DNA from: Candidatus Scatovivens sp.
GTDB taxonomy: Bacteria; Bacillota; Clostridia; TANB77; CAG-508
Direction of reading: 5' to 3'
Assembly (NCBI GenBank): GCA_045646345.1
Contig: JAZRKN010000015.1
Location: 1-64,000, forward strand
Length of the DNA: 64,000 nt
This document shows positions 49,457-61,686 of the stretch, in pieces; positions within the stretch are counted from its first letter, which is position 1, and each line of letters begins with the position of its first letter. The translations under genes and the position numbers were made by a program. The notes beneath the pieces are model-generated. The model was not told the origin of the DNA. It saw only the letters and a list, made by a program, of their open reading frames with translations, and searched no databases.

Positions 49457-50122
49457 TTATTTATTTCTTAAATAATTTATTACATCAGCTGCTACTTCAT
49501 TTTTCATTCTGTTTACAGTTTTACTTAAAACAGTAGAGTATAATGCTCCTGTATCTTTATAGTATTCTGCAACTGGTGCTGTTTCTCTATGATATACTTC
49601 TAATCTATTTTTTGCGCTTTCTAATTTATCATCATCTCTTTGATAAACTTCAGCTCCACATTTATCACAAATTCCTTCTACTTTTGTTGGATTTAACAAA
49701 GTATTGTATATTGCTTTACATGCTGAATTTTTGCAAATTCTTCTTGTTGTTATTCTTTCTAAAATTTCTTCTTCTGGTGTTTCTAAATTAACAACAATAT
49801 CTATTTTTTTATTTTCTTTTGCAAGCATTTTATCTAATTCTTCAGCTTGTTTTACTGTTCTTGGGAAACCATCTAATATTAATCCTGATTCAACATCTTT
49901 TTCTGTCAATCTTCCAGCAATCATATTTACAGTTATATCATCTGGTACTAAAGCTCCTTTTGTTATATATTCATTAGCTTTTTTTCCAAGTTCTGTTCCT
50001 TCACTAATGTTTTTTCTAAAAATATCTCCACTTGATATTGCAGGAATATTAAACTCTTTTGATAAAATTTCTGCAACACTACCTTTTCCTGAAGCTGGTG
50101 CTCCTAACATTATAATAATCAT
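49457..50122 (-). CDS. adk: Adenylate kinase
   Basis: GAPASGKG, LDGFPRT, Zn-type lid, QRDDD. Confidence 0.98.
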   Translation of the reverse strand: MIIIMLGAPASGKGSVAEILSKEFNIPAISSGDIFRKNISEGTELGKKANEYITKGALVPDDITVNMIAGRLTEKDVESGLILDGFPRTVKQAEELDKMLAKENKKIDIVVNLETPEEEILERITTRRICKNSACKAIYNTLLNPTKVEGICDKCGAEVYQRDDDKLESAKNRLEVYHRETAPVAEYYKDTGALYSTVLSKTVNRMKNEVAADVINYLRNK

Positions 50123-50363
50123 ACTTTGTCATCCTTTCTATACGAAATATTTTAACTTGATATAAATGTTTTTTTCTAAAATCACACATATATTTTAGTT
50201 CATTTTACTAGTTTTGTCAATTATTTCAGGGGATTTAATTTAAAGTTTCTATCTACAAAAAACATACTATGATCTAATAAAAAAACAAAAAAAGTAGTAA
50301 CTATAATAGTTACTACTTTAATCATTTATATAAAACCAAATTAGAATTCGATTTATTGATTTA

Positions 50364-51689
50364 CTATTTTTCTAAGAATCCTTTATAGTGTCTCATTACT
50401 AATTGAGATTCTAATTGTTGTACTGTTTCTAATGCAACACCAACTACGATAAGAATTGATGTACCACCAAATGATATATCTATGCTTGAAAATCTTGTAA
50501 GCATTGGTAAGATAGCAATTAAACTTAAGAATATTGCTCCAAACCATGTTAATTTTCCTAAAACAGCAGATATATATTCTGTTGTTGGTTTTCCAGCTCT
50601 AATACCTGGTATGAATCCACCATTTTGTTTAATTCTAGTAGAAACATCTGCAGGATTAAATGTTGCATAAGTATAGAAGAATGTAAATCCTACTATTAAT
50701 AATAAGTACACAATTGCATTTGCTAAAGAGTATCCCCAAGGAACACTTGCTGTAGAAGTTGCAATTGAGAAGTTATATAAACCAGCTAAAAATCCTGTTC
50801 CTCCAATTTTATCTGGAGCAAAGATTTGAATCATCATTGCAGGGAATGTCATGAATGATGAAGCAAAGATTACTGGCATAACTCCTGCCATCGCTAATTT
50901 AATTGGAAGATGTGAATTTTGTCCACCATACATTTTTCTTCCAACAACTTTTTTAGCATATTGCACTGGAATTTTTCTCTCAGCTTCTTGTACAAATACT
51001 ACACCAGCTACTAAAAGAATAGCTCCAACGATTATTGCTAATGTTGTAAGAATTCCAGCAGTGCTAATTCCAGCATCTGTTACGATTATGTTCCATAATG
51101 AAACTAATCCAGAAGGTAAACCAGAAACAATACCAACGAAGATAATCATTGAAATACCATTTCCAATTCCTTTATTTGTGATTTGTTCTCCAAGCCACAT
51201 TAAGACTGCAGTACCTGTTATTAAAGATAAAACAATCGTAGCTCCTGTTAAGAAGCTTTCATCAATAAATATACCTGTTCCTTTATACCCTAAGTATATA
51301 GCTAAACTTTGAACAAAAGCTAATACTAATGCAGTTATTTTTGTATATTTATTAATTTTTTGTTTACCAACTTCTCCACCTTCCTTCATTAATCTTTCAA
51401 GTGAAGGGATTATCATTCCTAACAATTGTATAACAATTGAAGCAGTGATATATGGTGTTATTGTCATTGAGAATATTGATAAATTAGCGAAAGCACCACC
51501 TGAAATTGTATTAATTAATCCAGCAATGCTTCCTGTTGATGCTTTCATAGCTTCTGCTAAAGCTATAGTATTTACACCAGGAACTGTTATAAAACATCCA
51601 CATCTAAATATTACAATTAGAAGTAATGTATATAACATTTTCTTTCTTACTTCTGGGGTTTTAAATGCATTTTTAATAGTTTTAAACAA
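50364..51689 (-). CDS. secY: Preprotein translocase SecY
   Basis: PYITASI, GIGNGISMII, FIPGIR.G, GGTSILI.VGV. Confidence 0.99.
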   Translation of the reverse strand: MFKTIKNAFKTPEVRKKMLYTLLLIVIFRCGCFITVPGVNTIALAEAMKASTGSIAGLINTISGGAFANLSIFSMTITPYITASIVIQLLGMIIPSLERLMKEGGEVGKQKINKYTKITALVLAFVQSLAIYLGYKGTGIFIDESFLTGATIVLSLITGTAVLMWLGEQITNKGIGNGISMIIFVGIVSGLPSGLVSLWNIIVTDAGISTAGILTTLAIIVGAILLVAGVVFVQEAERKIPVQYAKKVVGRKMYGGQNSHLPIKLAMAGVMPVIFASSFMTFPAMMIQIFAPDKIGGTGFLAGLYNFSIATSTASVPWGYSLANAIVYLLLIVGFTFFYTYATFNPADVSTRIKQNGGFIPGIRAGKPTTEYISAVLGKLTWFGAIFLSLIAILPMLTRFSSIDISFGGTSILIVVGVALETVQQLESQLVMRHYKGFLEK

Positions 51690-52124
51690 CTAAATCACCT
51701 CAATCTTTCCACCTGCAGCTTCGATTTTTTCTGCAGCAGCTTTAGTAAATCTTTTTGCTTTAACTGTTAACTTTTTATCTAAGTTACCTGTAGCTAAAAC
51801 AACTATTCCATCGTTAACTTTTCCGATTATTCCTTCTGCTAATAAACTTTCAGCTGTAACTTCTGTAGCTTCTGATTTGTTAAGCATTGTTAAAGTTACT
51901 TCTGTATAAGTTTTAGCATGAATATTTGTAAATCCTCTTTTTGGTAATCTTCTATATAATGGAGTTTGACCACCTTCGAATCCTCTTCTAACTCCACCAC
52001 CACTTCTTGCTTTTTGTCCTTTATGTCCTCTTCCTGAAGTTTTTCCAAGGCCTGATCCTATACCACGTCCAACTCTTTTTCTAGTTTGTTTTTTAACGGC
52101 TGGTCCAATGTTTCCTAATTCCAT
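51690..52124 (-). CDS. rplO: 50S ribosomal protein L15
   Basis: [17 protein letters not shown]; start at the ATG 52124 by RBS spacing. Confidence 0.98.
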   Translation of the reverse strand: MELGNIGPAVKKQTRKRVGRGIGSGLGKTSGRGHKGQKARSGGGVRRGFEGGQTPLYRRLPKRGFTNIHAKTYTEVTLTMLNKSEATEVTAESLLAEGIIGKVNDGIVVLATGNLDKKLTVKAKRFTKAAAEKIEAAGGKIEVI

Positions 52125-52290
52125 CGTTTGCACCTCCTCTTTTTGATTTTATTATTTTCGATTTTTATTATATCATTAATAAATTTTATTTCAAATAAAT
52201 TTATAATATTTTTTTGAAAACTTGCATTCAAATTAATCTTAGGTTGCTCCAAGTTGCCTTTGGCAACCTAAGTTTTTGAATGATTAATAA

Positions 52291-52779
52291 TTATAATATT
52301 TCGCTAACTTTTTTTCCTCTTTTTTTAGCTACAGCTTCAGCTGTTTGCATATTTTTAAGAGCATCGATAGTAGCAAAAACAACGTTTCTTGGGTTGTTTG
52401 TTCCGATAACTTTTGAGTTTATATCTCTATATCCTGCAAGTTCAAGAACTGGTCTAACACTACCACCAGCTATAATTCCAGTACCTTGTGCACCTGGTTT
52501 TAACATTACACTAGCACTTCCGAATTTACCAACATATTCATGTGGTATAGTTGTTCCAACGATTGGAACTGTTATTAAGTTCTTTTTAGCTTCTTCAATA
52601 GCTTTTTTGATTGCATCTGGAACTTCAGCAGCTTTACCATTTCCAACACCGATATGTCCGTTTTCATCTCCAACAACAACAACAGCGCTGAATCTAAATG
52701 TTCTACCACCTTTTACAACTTTTGCAACTCTATTGATAGCAACTACAGTTTCTTTTAATTCTACTGATCTTTCTTCCAT
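52291..52779 (-). CDS. rpsE: 30S ribosomal protein S5
   Basis: [13 protein letters not shown]. Confidence 0.99.
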   Translation of the reverse strand: MEERSVELKETVVAINRVAKVVKGGRTFRFSAVVVVGDENGHIGVGNGKAAEVPDAIKKAIEEAKKNLITVPIVGTTIPHEYVGKFGSASVMLKPGAQGTGIIAGGSVRPVLELAGYRDINSKVIGTNNPRNVVFATIDALKNMQTAEAVAKKRGKKVSEIL

Positions 52780-52818
52780 GAGAAATTTTTTCCTCCATTT
52801 CCTTAAATCTCTTTTTGA

Positions 52819-53178
52819 TTAGAAATCTAATCCTGCCTCACGTGCTGCTTCAGCTAATTCTTTAACAACACCATGATATATAAATCCACCTCTATCAAAT
52901 ACTACTGATTTGATATTTTTTTCTAATGCTTTTTTAGCTATAGCTGCACCAACTTCTTTAGCAGCTTCTTTGTTAGCTTTTTTTGTTTTGATATCGCTAT
53001 CTAATGTTGAAACATATACTAATGTTTCAGCTTTATTATCATCGATAATTTGAGCGATTATATTTTTATTAGATTTACTTACAGCAAGTCTTGGGCATTC
53101 AGCTGTACCACTTAATTTAGTACGAACTCTAGCATGTCTTCTTGCTCTTTCAGCTTTTCTATTAACTTTGCTAATCAT
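52819..53178 (-). CDS. rplR: 50S ribosomal protein L18
   Basis: VVFDRGG..YHG, AREAGL.F. Confidence 0.98.
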   Translation of the reverse strand: MISKVNRKAERARRHARVRTKLSGTAECPRLAVSKSNKNIIAQIIDDNKAETLVYVSTLDSDIKTKKANKEAAKEVGAAIAKKALEKNIKSVVFDRGGFIYHGVVKELAEAAREAGLDF

Positions 53179-53328
53179 TATATTTCTCCTTTCTAGGTTT
53201 TCTTCCTTTTAGGGGTATATCTAATCCCTTCTTCTTTTTTTGGTATATTTCCTTTAAGGGATTAAATATACCCCCTAAAGTAAACTATAACCTAATTATG
53301 AACATTATTTTAATTAGTAAATTAAATT

Positions 53329-53868
53329 CTATTTTTTACCAGCTTTACCTTCTTTACGTCTAATAACTTCTTCAGCATATTTAATACCTTTACCTCTATA
53401 TACTTCAGGTGGTCTTTTTGTTCTGATAACAGCTGCTGTTTGACCTACTAATTCTTTATCCATACCTTTAACGATAATTTCATTTGCATTTGGTACATCA
53501 AAAGTAATTCCTGCTGGAGCTTCGATTTCTACAGGATGAGAATAACCTAAGTTTAATAATAAGTTATTTCCTTTTTTGCTTGCTCTGTATCCAACACCAT
53601 TTACTTCTAATTTTCTTTCAAATCCTTTTACTGTTCCTTCAATCATGTTATTTAATAATGTTCTTGTTAAACCATGTAAGCTTCTATTAGCTGGTTCGTT
53701 GTTTGGTCTAACTATAGTTATAACATTACCTTCAAGATTGATTTTCATATCTTTATGAAATTCTTTCTCTAAAGTTCCTTTAGGTCCTTTTACAGTAACG
53801 TTTTGTCCGTTTACTTTTACTTCAACACCTTCTGGTACTGTAATAGGTTTATTTCCTATTCTAGACAT
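53329..53868 (-). CDS. rplF: 50S ribosomal protein L6
   Basis: MSRIG, LGYSHP, RPPE.Y.GKG. Confidence 0.99.
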   Translation of the reverse strand: MSRIGNKPITVPEGVEVKVNGQNVTVKGPKGTLEKEFHKDMKINLEGNVITIVRPNNEPANRSLHGLTRTLLNNMIEGTVKGFERKLEVNGVGYRASKKGNNLLLNLGYSHPVEIEAPAGITFDVPNANEIIVKGMDKELVGQTAAVIRTKRPPEVYRGKGIKYAEEVIRRKEGKAGKK

Positions 53869-53978
53869 TTTTTATTTCCTCCTTCTTTAAATTTTCTGCC
53901 TTAGCTTAAATTATTTTAAAGACATCTAATTAATTTTATTTTTTTATTTTGCATAACATCGGTTATGCTTAAATTTTA

Positions 53979-54377
53979 TTACCAGATATAAGCTAAAACT
54001 TCTCCACCTATACCTAATTCTCTTGCTTTTTTATCTGTCATTATTCCTTTTGAAGTAGAAATTAAAGCGATTCCTAATCCATTTAATACTTTTGGTAATT
54101 CATCTTTAGAAGCATAGATTCTTAAACCAGGTTTACTGATTCTTCTTAATCCATCTATAACTCTATTACCTTTCTCATCATATTTTAATGTGATTCTGAT
54201 TATTCCTTGAACATCGCTTTCGATTTCTTCAAAAGATTTAATATAACCTTCTTCAAGTAATGTTTCAGCAATAGCTTTTTTCATTTTTGATGATGGAACA
54301 TCAACTGTTTTGAATTTTTGGCTATTTGCGTTTCTAATTCTTGTTAGCATATCTGCTATTGGGTCAGTTGTATTCAC
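53979..54377 (-). CDS. rpsH: 30S ribosomal protein S8
   Basis: [25 protein letters not shown]. Confidence 0.99.
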   Translation of the reverse strand: MNTTDPIADMLTRIRNANSQKFKTVDVPSSKMKKAIAETLLEEGYIKSFEEIESDVQGIIRITLKYDEKGNRVIDGLRRISKPGLRIYASKDELPKVLNGLGIALISTSKGIMTDKKARELGIGGEVLAYIW

Positions 54378-54495
54378 TTTGTTTACCCTCCTTTTTCAAT
54401 ATTTTTTATTATTCGTTTATTATATTTAAAATTTATATTTGATCTTTGTTAAAAACCAAGACTATTTAAATAGTACTAGTTTTTAACTCTCAATC

Positions 54496-54681
54496 CTACC
54501 AGCTTGCTTTTTTAACTCCTGGTATTTCTCCTTTATGAGCTAATTCTCTAAAGCAAACACGGCAAATTCCAAATTTTCTAATATATGAGTGTGGTCTTCC
54601 ACAAATTTTGCATCTATTATATTCTCTTGTTGCATATTTTTGTGGTTTAGCACATTTTACTTTTAATGATTTTTTAGCCAT
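54496..54681 (-). CDS. rpsN: 30S ribosomal protein S14 (zinc-binding type Z)
   Basis: CKICGRP...[15 protein letters not shown]. Confidence 0.98.
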   Translation of the reverse strand: MAKKSLKVKCAKPQKYATREYNRCKICGRPHSYIRKFGICRVCFRELAHKGEIPGVKKASW

Positions 54682-54759
54682 TTTATTCTCCTTTCCTAAA
54701 ACATCATTTATTGTAATAACTCAAGATTTTTTGAGTCCGTGATAATTATTAAATTTTAA

Positions 54760-55299
54760 TTATGCTTTGAATGGCATACCTAATAATCTTAATAATTCTT
54801 TAGCTTCTTCGTCAGATTTAGCTGTTGTTACGAATATAATATCCATTCCTCTTAATTTATCAACTTTATCATATTCGATTTCTGGGAATATTAATTGTTC
54901 TTTAATACCCATTGAGTAGTTTCCTCTACCATCAAAAGAGTTAGCTGATACTCCTCTAAAGTCTCTTACTCTAGGAAGTGCTACATTGAATAGTTTGTAT
55001 GCGAAATCATACATTTTTCCTGCTCTTAATGTAACTTTACATCCTATTTTAGCTCCCTCTCTTAATTTGAATGCTGCGATTGATTTTTTAGCTTTTGTTA
55101 CGATTGGTCTTTGACCTGTAATAATGCTTAAATCATTCATAGCGTTATCTAAAGCTTTAGGATTATCTTTTGTTTCTCCTAATCCTATATTTATAACTAT
55201 TTTCTCTAATTTAGGAACTTGCATTACTGATGAATAATTAAATTTTTTCATCATTGCTGGAACTACTTCTTTTACATATTGTTCTTTAAGTGCTTCCAT
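54760..55299 (-). CDS. rplE: 50S ribosomal protein L5
   Basis: [20 protein letters not shown]. Confidence 0.99.
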   Translation of the reverse strand: MEALKEQYVKEVVPAMMKKFNYSSVMQVPKLEKIVINIGLGETKDNPKALDNAMNDLSIITGQRPIVTKAKKSIAAFKLREGAKIGCKVTLRAGKMYDFAYKLFNVALPRVRDFRGVSANSFDGRGNYSMGIKEQLIFPEIEYDKVDKLRGMDIIFVTTAKSDEEAKELLRLLGMPFKA

Positions 55300-55348
55300 C
55301 TGCTTTTTGTCCTCCTTCCATTAATTTTTTATTTATACGATTTTTTAA

Positions 55349-55657
55349 TTATTTTAATTTTGCACCGCATTTTTTACAAACACGAACTTTTTCGCCTTTT
55401 TCTTCAACAAATCCGATTTTTGTAGCTTTACCACATTTTGAACATACTACATTAACTTTTGCGCTATGTATTGCACATTCAACTGAGATAATTCCACTTT
55501 CTTCACCTTGTTTTCTGGCTTTAACATGTTTTTTTCTTATATTTACACCTTTAACAACGATTTTGTTTGTTTTTGGTATAATTTCTAAAACTTCACCTGT
55601 TTTTCCTTTATCATTTCCTGATAAAACTTTAACAGTATCACCTTTTCTTATTCTCAA
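55349..55657 (-). CDS. rplX: 50S ribosomal protein L24
   Basis: KGDTV.VLSG.DKGK.G KOW motif; start probably TTG 55657 (alternative GTG 55666). Confidence 0.97.
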   Translation of the reverse strand: MRIRKGDTVKVLSGNDKGKTGEVLEIIPKTNKIVVKGVNIRKKHVKARKQGEESGIISVECAIHSAKVNVVCSKCGKATKIGFVEEKGEKVRVCKKCGAKLK

Positions 55658-55721
55658 TTTATTCACCTCTATTTCTTCTAAATTCAAATTTTAATGAGAT
55701 CTTACGATACTTTCACTAAAA

Positions 55722-56090
55722 TTATAGAACTTCTGGAGCTAGAGAAAGAATTTTCATATATTCTTTATCTCTTAATTCTCTAGCTACTGGCCCAAATATA
55801 CGTGTTCCTTTTGGTGTTCCGTCTTCACGGATTATAACTGCTGCATTTTCATCAAATTTTAAATAAGAACCGTCAGCTCTTCTAACACCTTTTTTAGTTC
55901 TTACAACTACAGCTTTTACAACTTCACCTTTTTTAACAACGCCACCTGGTGTAGCTGTTTTAACAGAAGCCATTATAATATCTCCAACTTCAGCATATTT
56001 TCTATGTGAACCACCTAAACATCTAATGCACATGATTTCTTTTGCACCAGTGTTGTCAGCTACTTTTAATTTAGTTTGTTGCTGTACCAT
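55722..56090 (-). CDS. rplN: 50S ribosomal protein L14
   Basis: [23 protein letters not shown]. Confidence 0.99.
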   Translation of the reverse strand: MVQQQTKLKVADNTGAKEIMCIRCLGGSHRKYAEVGDIIMASVKTATPGGVVKKGEVVKAVVVRTKKGVRRADGSYLKFDENAAVIIREDGTPKGTRIFGPVARELRDKEYMKILSLAPEVL

Positions 56091-56141
56091 TATTAGTTCC
56101 TCCTTTTAAATTTTAACGATATATCTTTTCGATATTTATTT

Positions 56142-56402
56142 CTATTTAATAACTGCTTTCTCAACAATTCTTACAACTCTGTATCTTTTATCTCTTGATA
56201 AAGGTCTTGTTTCCATAACTTCTACTTTATCTCCAGCTTTACATTCGTTATTTTCATCGTGAGCTTTTAATTTATATGTTCTTTTAACTGTTTTGCTATA
56301 CATTGGGTGAGCAACTGAGTCTTCAACAGCTACTACTACTGTTTTATCCATTTTGTCAGATATAACAGTTCCAATCATAGTTTTACGAAGATTTCTTTCC
56401 AT
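56142..56402 (-). CDS. rpsQ: 30S ribosomal protein S17
   Basis: SDKMDKT, AHDE, ETRPLS. Confidence 0.99.
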   Translation of the reverse strand: MERNLRKTMIGTVISDKMDKTVVVAVEDSVAHPMYSKTVKRTYKLKAHDENNECKAGDKVEVMETRPLSRDKRYRVVRIVEKAVIK

Positions 56403-56432
56403 TCGGAATTTCTCCTTTCTTAAATAATATTA

Positions 56433-56630
56433 TTAGTTATTTTTAAGTTCTCTTTCTCTTAAAATTGTTTTAATTCTAGCTATTTCTTTTCTAACTTCTT
56501 TTACTTTTAATGGATTATCTAATCCGTTAGTAGCTAGGCTAAATCTTAATTTAAATAATTCTGATTTTAATTCACTTAATTCTTTTTCAAGATCTTGTGA
56601 AGACATTTCTTTTAATTTATTATTTTTCAT
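56433..56630 (-). CDS. rpmC: 50S ribosomal protein L29
   Basis: [16 protein letters not shown]. Confidence 0.98.
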   Translation of the reverse strand: MKNNKLKEMSSQDLEKELSELKSELFKLRFSLATNGLDNPLKVKEVRKEIARIKTILRERELKNN

Positions 56631-57061
56631 TATTTGTCGCCTCCTACTTCAGATTCTCTTTTAACAAATTTTGTTTGAACTGGTAATTTTTGAGCAGCTA
56701 ATCTTAAAGCTTCTCTTGCAACTTCTTCAGTTACACCTTCGATTTCAAACATAACTCTTCCTGGTTTAACTACTGCTACCCAGTATTCTGGAGCACCTTT
56801 ACCTTTACCCATACGAGTTTCAGCAGGTTTTTTAGTTACTGGTTTGTCTGGGAATATTTTAATCCAAACTTTTCCACCTCTTTTGATGAAACGTGTCATC
56901 GCAACTCTGGCAGCTTCGATTTGGTTTGATTTGATCCATCCAGCTGTTGTAGCTTGTAATCCGTATTCACCTTCATTTACTACATTTCCTCTTGTAGCAT
57001 ATCCTCTATTTCTACCTTTTTGTTGTTTTCTAAATTTTGTTCTTTTTGGTAATAATGGCAT
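56630..57061 (-). CDS. rplP: 50S ribosomal protein L16
   Basis: IEAARVA, RMGKGKG. Confidence 0.99.
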   Translation of the reverse strand: MPLLPKRTKFRKQQKGRNRGYATRGNVVNEGEYGLQATTAGWIKSNQIEAARVAMTRFIKRGGKVWIKIFPDKPVTKKPAETRMGKGKGAPEYWVAVVKPGRVMFEIEGVTEEVAREALRLAAQKLPVQTKFVKRESEVGGDK

Positions 57062-57720
57062 TAGTCGTTACCTCCTTTTGCTTCTTTTTTAGCTGGAAGA
57101 ACTTCTCCTTTATAAATCCAAACTTTAACACCGATTTTTCCGTATGTTGTGTCAGCTTCATAGAATCCATAGTCTATATCAGCTCTTAATGTTTGAAGTG
57201 GTATAGTACCTTCTTTATAGAATTCTGTTCTTGCCATATCAGCTCCACCTAATCTTCCAGATACAGCTGTTTTAATACCTAATGCTCCAGCTTTCATAGC
57301 TTTTTGCATTGATTGTTTCATTGCTCTTCTGAATGAAATTCTTCTTTCTAATTGGTTAGCAATGCTTTCTGCAACTAATTGTGCATCTGTATCAACATTT
57401 TTAACCTCTACTATATTTAAGTTTACTTCTTTTTTGATCATTTTCTCAAGTTCTGCTTTTAATGCTTCTGAAAGGTTTCCACCTTTACCAATAACTAAAC
57501 CTGGTTTAGCTGTAAATACATTAACTTTTACGAATTTAGCAGTTCTTTCGATTTCTATTTTTGAAATTCCACTAATAAATAGTTTCTTTTTCACATATTC
57601 ACGAATTTTATGGTCTTCAACTAAGTAATCAGCAAAGTTTTTAGAATCTGCATACCATTTAGAATTCCAATCTTTAATAACTCCTACTCTTATTCCATTT
57701 GGATGAACTTTTTGTCCCAT
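57061..57720 (-). CDS. rpsC: 30S ribosomal protein S3
   Basis: [24 protein letters not shown]. Confidence 0.99.
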   Translation of the reverse strand: MGQKVHPNGIRVGVIKDWNSKWYADSKNFADYLVEDHKIREYVKKKLFISGISKIEIERTAKFVKVNVFTAKPGLVIGKGGNLSEALKAELEKMIKKEVNLNIVEVKNVDTDAQLVAESIANQLERRISFRRAMKQSMQKAMKAGALGIKTAVSGRLGGADMARTEFYKEGTIPLQTLRADIDYGFYEADTTYGKIGVKVWIYKGEVLPAKKEAKGGND

Positions 57721-57740
57721 CGTAAATATCCTCCTTTCTC

Positions 57741-58097
57741 TTATTTACTCTCTCTTAAAACTATTGTTATATGACTTGTTCTTTTTCTAATTCTAACTGC
57801 TGAACCTTTTGCAGCTGGTCTAATTCTTTTTAATGTTGGACCTTGATTTGCATAAATTTCTGCAACATATAGGTTAGCTCTGTTCATGAAATGATTATTT
57901 TCAGCATTTGCTATAGCTGAGTTTAATAATTTTTCTAATAATTCAGCTGAAGCTTTTGGTGCGAATTTAACTATTCTTTGAGCTTCTTCTACTTTTTTTC
58001 CTCTTAATAAGTCTGCAACTATTTTAACTTTTCTAGCTGAAATTCTTGCATAACTTAGAGTAGCTCTAGCTTCTACTACTTGAGTTTTTTCTCCCAC
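57741..58097 (-). CDS. rplV: 50S ribosomal protein L22
   Basis: [18 protein letters not shown]. Confidence 0.98.
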   Translation of the reverse strand: MGEKTQVVEARATLSYARISARKVKIVADLLRGKKVEEAQRIVKFAPKASAELLEKLLNSAIANAENNHFMNRANLYVAEIYANQGPTLKRIRPAAKGSAVRIRKRTSHITIVLRESK

Positions 58098-58161
58098 TGT
58101 TATTTCCTCCTTTTATTTTAAACTCTAAACATTTCTCTCTATTTTAGAGTTATACTTTTAT

Positions 58162-58437
58162 TTATTTTTTTGTTGTTTTGTCTCCTGCGTGTCCTTTAAA
58201 TGTTCTTGTAGGAGCAAATTCTCCTAATTTATGACCGATCATTTCTTCTGAAATATATACAGGAACATGTTTTCTTCCATCATGAACAGCTATTGTATGT
58301 CCAACCATTTGTGGATATATTGTAGATGTTCTTGACCATGTTTTTAATACTTCTTTTTTACCTGTTTCATTCATAGCTTCAACTCTTTTTAAAAGCTCTG
58401 GTGCAACATAAGGTACTTTTTTACTTGATCTTGACAT
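58162..58437 (-). CDS. rpsS: 30S ribosomal protein S19
   Basis: [16 protein letters not shown]. Confidence 0.99.
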   Translation of the reverse strand: MSRSSKKVPYVAPELLKRVEAMNETGKKEVLKTWSRTSTIYPQMVGHTIAVHDGRKHVPVYISEEMIGHKLGEFAPTRTFKGHAGDKTTKK

Positions 58438-58479
58438 TGATTATCTCCTTCCTGATATTGCTTGTTCTAAGCAGCAATA

Positions 58480-59307
58480 CTATTTTCTTCTCTTAACGAT
58501 AAATTTATTTGATAATTTCTTTTTATTTCTTGTTTTATATCCAAGTGCTGGTTTACCCCAAGGTGTCATAGGTCCACTATGTCCAACTGGAGCTCTACCT
58601 TCACCACCACCATGAGGGTGATCGTTAGGGTTCATAACAGATCCTCTTACTGAAGGTCTGATACCTAAATGTCTTGTTCTACCAGCTTTACCTAATTTGA
58701 TATTTTCGTGATCGCTGTTTCCAATTGTTCCAACTGTAGCTCTACATCTTACAGAAACTAATCTCATTTCTCCAGATGGTAATCTAACGTGAGCATATGC
58801 TCCTTCTTTAGCCATTAATTGAGCTTCTTGTCCAGCAGATCTTACTAATTTTCCACCTTGTCCTGGATTTAATTCTATATTGTGAATTAATGTACCTACA
58901 GGAATGTTAGCGATTGGTAATGCATTTCCAGCTTTGATATCTGCATTTTCTCCAGATACTACTTTATCACCATCTGTTAATCCTTTAGGTGCTAAGATGT
59001 AACTTTTTGTTCCATCTGTATATTCGATTAAAGCGATGTTTGCGCTTCTGTTTGGATCGTATTCGATACCAATTACTGTAGCTTCCATATCATCTTTTAA
59101 TCTTTTGAAATCAATTATTCTATATTTTTGTCTGTTTCCACCACCTTGATGTCTTACTGTTATTTTACCATATGAATTTCTACCAGCATTTTTCTTTTTA
59201 GAAGCTAATAGTGATTTTTCTGGAGTTTTTTTAGTAATTTCTTCAAATGTTGAAGAAGTCATATTTCTTCTTGATGGTGTATATGGTCTAAATTGTTTAA
59301 TTCCCAT
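58480..59307 (-). CDS. rplB: 50S ribosomal protein L2
   Basis: [21 protein letters not shown]. Confidence 0.99.
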   Translation of the reverse strand: MGIKQFRPYTPSRRNMTSSTFEEITKKTPEKSLLASKKKNAGRNSYGKITVRHQGGGNRQKYRIIDFKRLKDDMEATVIGIEYDPNRSANIALIEYTDGTKSYILAPKGLTDGDKVVSGENADIKAGNALPIANIPVGTLIHNIELNPGQGGKLVRSAGQEAQLMAKEGAYAHVRLPSGEMRLVSVRCRATVGTIGNSDHENIKLGKAGRTRHLGIRPSVRGSVMNPNDHPHGGGEGRAPVGHSGPMTPWGKPALGYKTRNKKKLSNKFIVKRRK

Positions 59308-59368
59308 TTTAATTTTCTCTCCTTTTTATTATTTATTGTCCGGGTTATTTCCCGATAATTTTAAATTA

Positions 59369-59716
59369 CTAAGCACCTATAAAGTTTTCGATTTCACCTT
59401 TATATTTTTTAGCAACTTTTACTTCTTTTCCACCTTTTCCTAAATATTTCATATCAGAAACGTTTGTATCTATAGTTACTATAGCTTTTTTCCAATCTGA
59501 AGTTCTACCTTGGTGTACTCCAACTCTTTTTTCTTTTCCTTTTACTGTCATTGTATTAACTTTTAATACTTTTACTTCAAATAATTTTTCAACAGCATTT
59601 TTAATATCTACTTTTGTTGCTTTTTTTGCAACTTTGAAAGTGTATTTTCCTTCTTGCATATCAGCGCTACTTTTTTCTGTAACAACTGGAGCTAATATAA
59701 TTTCTTCTGCTACCAT
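59369..59716 (-). CDS. rplW: 50S ribosomal protein L23 (C-terminally extended)
   Basis: PVVTEKS, WKKAIVT. Confidence 0.97.
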   Translation of the reverse strand: MVAEEIILAPVVTEKSSADMQEGKYTFKVAKKATKVDIKNAVEKLFEVKVLKVNTMTVKGKEKRVGVHQGRTSDWKKAIVTIDTNVSDMKYLGKGGKEVKVAKKYKGEIENFIGA

Positions 59717-59718
59717 AA

Positions 59719-60342
59719 TTATGCGTACACCTCCTCTAATTTTTTGATTGAATCAACTGTTAAAACTAATTTTTGGTATCTTAATAAATCATATACGTTG
59801 ATTGTATTAACTGATCCTGTTTTAACGTTTTCTAAGTTTCTAGCTGATTTTTGAACTTTTTCATCGCTAGTAGCTAATACTACGAATGCTTTTTCTTCTA
59901 CTTTTAAGTTTTTCATAGCTGTAGCCATTTGTTTTGTTTTGATTTCTTTGAAATCGAATTTATCAACAACAACTAAGTTGTTTTCTAATACTTTTGAGCT
60001 TAATAATGATTTTATAGCTAATTGTCTTTCTTTTTTATTAACTCTATATTTATATGATCTTGGTTTTGGTCCTAAAGCGATACCACCTTTGATCCATTGT
60101 GGAGCTCTTATAGATCCTTGTCTTGCTCTACCTGTTCCTTTTTGTCTCCAAGGTTTTCTTCCACCGCCTCTTACTTCAGCTCTTGTTTTTGTACTTTGTG
60201 TACCTTGTCTTTGATTAGCTAAGTAGTTAACTAATACGCTGTGTACAACTGCTTCGTTTGGCTCAATCCCAAAGATTTCTTCTTTTAAATCAATAGATTT
60301 AACCTTTTTTCCTTCTATATTATATACATCTATACTTGGCAT
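59719..60342 (-). CDS. rplD: 50S ribosomal protein L4
   Basis: [14 protein letters not shown]. Confidence 0.99.
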   Translation of the reverse strand: MPSIDVYNIEGKKVKSIDLKEEIFGIEPNEAVVHSVLVNYLANQRQGTQSTKTRAEVRGGGRKPWRQKGTGRARQGSIRAPQWIKGGIALGPKPRSYKYRVNKKERQLAIKSLLSSKVLENNLVVVDKFDFKEIKTKQMATAMKNLKVEEKAFVVLATSDEKVQKSARNLENVKTGSVNTINVYDLLRYQKLVLTVDSIKKLEEVYA

Positions 60343-60361
60343 TTAATCTTCCTCCTTCCTT

Positions 60362-61000
60362 CTATTTAGATGCTTTTACTGATAATTTTATTTTTAAAAT
60401 GCTTCCTTTATTTCCTGGAACTGATCCTTTGATTAATAAAGCATTTTTATCTAAGTCTACTTTTACAACTTCTAGATTTTGTACAGTAACTTTTTCAACA
60501 CCCATATGTCCTGGTAATTTTTTACCTTTAAATACTCTACCTGGTGTTGATGTAGATCCCATTGAACCTGGTCTTCTATGATACATAGAACCATGTCCCA
60601 TAGGTCCTCTATGTTGTCCATGACGTTTAATAACACCTTGGAAACCTTTTCCTTTTGTTATACCTTGGATATCAACTTTTTCTCCAGCTACGAAAGTATC
60701 AACTCTTAATTCGTCTCCTACTTTAACGTTTGCTAAGCATTCTTCACAAGCTCTAAATTCTCTTAAATGTTTTACAGCTTTTACGTTTGCTTTTTTAAAG
60801 TGTCCATTATCTGGTTTGTTAACTTTATTTTCTTTAACACTTCCAAAACCTAATTGAACAGCATTGTATCCATCTGTTTCAACTGTTTTGATTTGAACTA
60901 CTGAACATGGTCCAGCTTCTATAACTGTTACTGGAATAACTACACCTTTTTCATCGAAAACTTGTGTCATTCCAACTTTTTTTCCTATTAATGTTTTCAT
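60362..61000 (-). CDS. rplC: 50S ribosomal protein L3
   Basis: KVGMTQ, KGKGFQG, HRRPGS. Confidence 0.99.
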   Translation of the reverse strand: MKTLIGKKVGMTQVFDEKGVVIPVTVIEAGPCSVVQIKTVETDGYNAVQLGFGSVKENKVNKPDNGHFKKANVKAVKHLREFRACEECLANVKVGDELRVDTFVAGEKVDIQGITKGKGFQGVIKRHGQHRGPMGHGSMYHRRPGSMGSTSTPGRVFKGKKLPGHMGVEKVTVQNLEVVKVDLDKNALLIKGSVPGNKGSILKIKLSVKASK

Positions 61001-61100
61001 TTTTCCTCCTACTATTGGCTGATTTTTATCAGCTTGGTTTGATTTTTAAAATTTAATTTCTTTCTTATTATATATTGATACTTAAATTATTCTTTTCGAA

Positions 61101-61430
61101 TTATAATTTAATTTCGATATCAACACCTGCTGGTAACTCTAATTTCATTAAGCTATCAACTGTTTTTTGTGTTGGATAAAGAATATCAATAACTCTTTTG
61201 TGTGTTCTCATTTCAAATTGTTCTCTTGAATCTTTATGTTTGTGTGGAGAACGTAATATTGTTACGATTTCTTTTTCTGTTGGAAGTGGAATAGGTCCTG
61301 AAACTTTTGCTCCTGTTCTCTTAGCAGTATCAACTATTTTTTCAGCTGACTGATCTAAAACAACATAATCATAAGCTTTTAATCTTATTCTGATTTTGTC
61401 ACTTCCTACTTTTGTGTTTGATGTTGCCAT
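61101..61430 (-). CDS. rpsJ: 30S ribosomal protein S10
   Basis: [28 protein letters not shown]. Confidence 0.99.
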   Translation of the reverse strand: MATSNTKVGSDKIRIRLKAYDYVVLDQSAEKIVDTAKRTGAKVSGPIPLPTEKEIVTILRSPHKHKDSREQFEMRTHKRVIDILYPTQKTVDSLMKLELPAGVDIEIKL

Positions 61431-61439
61431 TTAAATTTT

Positions 61440-61680
61440 CCCTCCTTAAATAATATTATGGCTAACGGCAAGTTGTCAACGTACCCTGGTGTTTCTTTTA
61501 ACCCCATTTTTTAATCCAAGCCTTCTTTAGTATTCAAAAATTCAATTGATACATAAACTGTCTTGGATAAGTAAATACGTTTATCAAACTTATCGCCTGG
61601 TCTAAGCCTAGACATGCTCCACAGAAGTTCCCTCCGCTATATAGCGTAGCCACATTCTGCTTCTTCGCTTTATCTCATGC
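61440..61680 (-). promoter_or_regulatory. Long structured 5' leader of the S10 operon (S10-Clostridia leader candidate)
   Basis: About 240-nt GC-richer UTR between promoter and rpsJ with local hairpins (e.g. cgctatatagcg, tctaggcttaga). Confidence 0.6.
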
Positions 61681-61686
61681 TAAACA

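Noticed and set aside
44788-60581. Numerous plus-strand ORFs of 60-180 aa across the ribosomal cluster
   Set aside because: Antisense shadows of highly biased ribosomal-protein genes.
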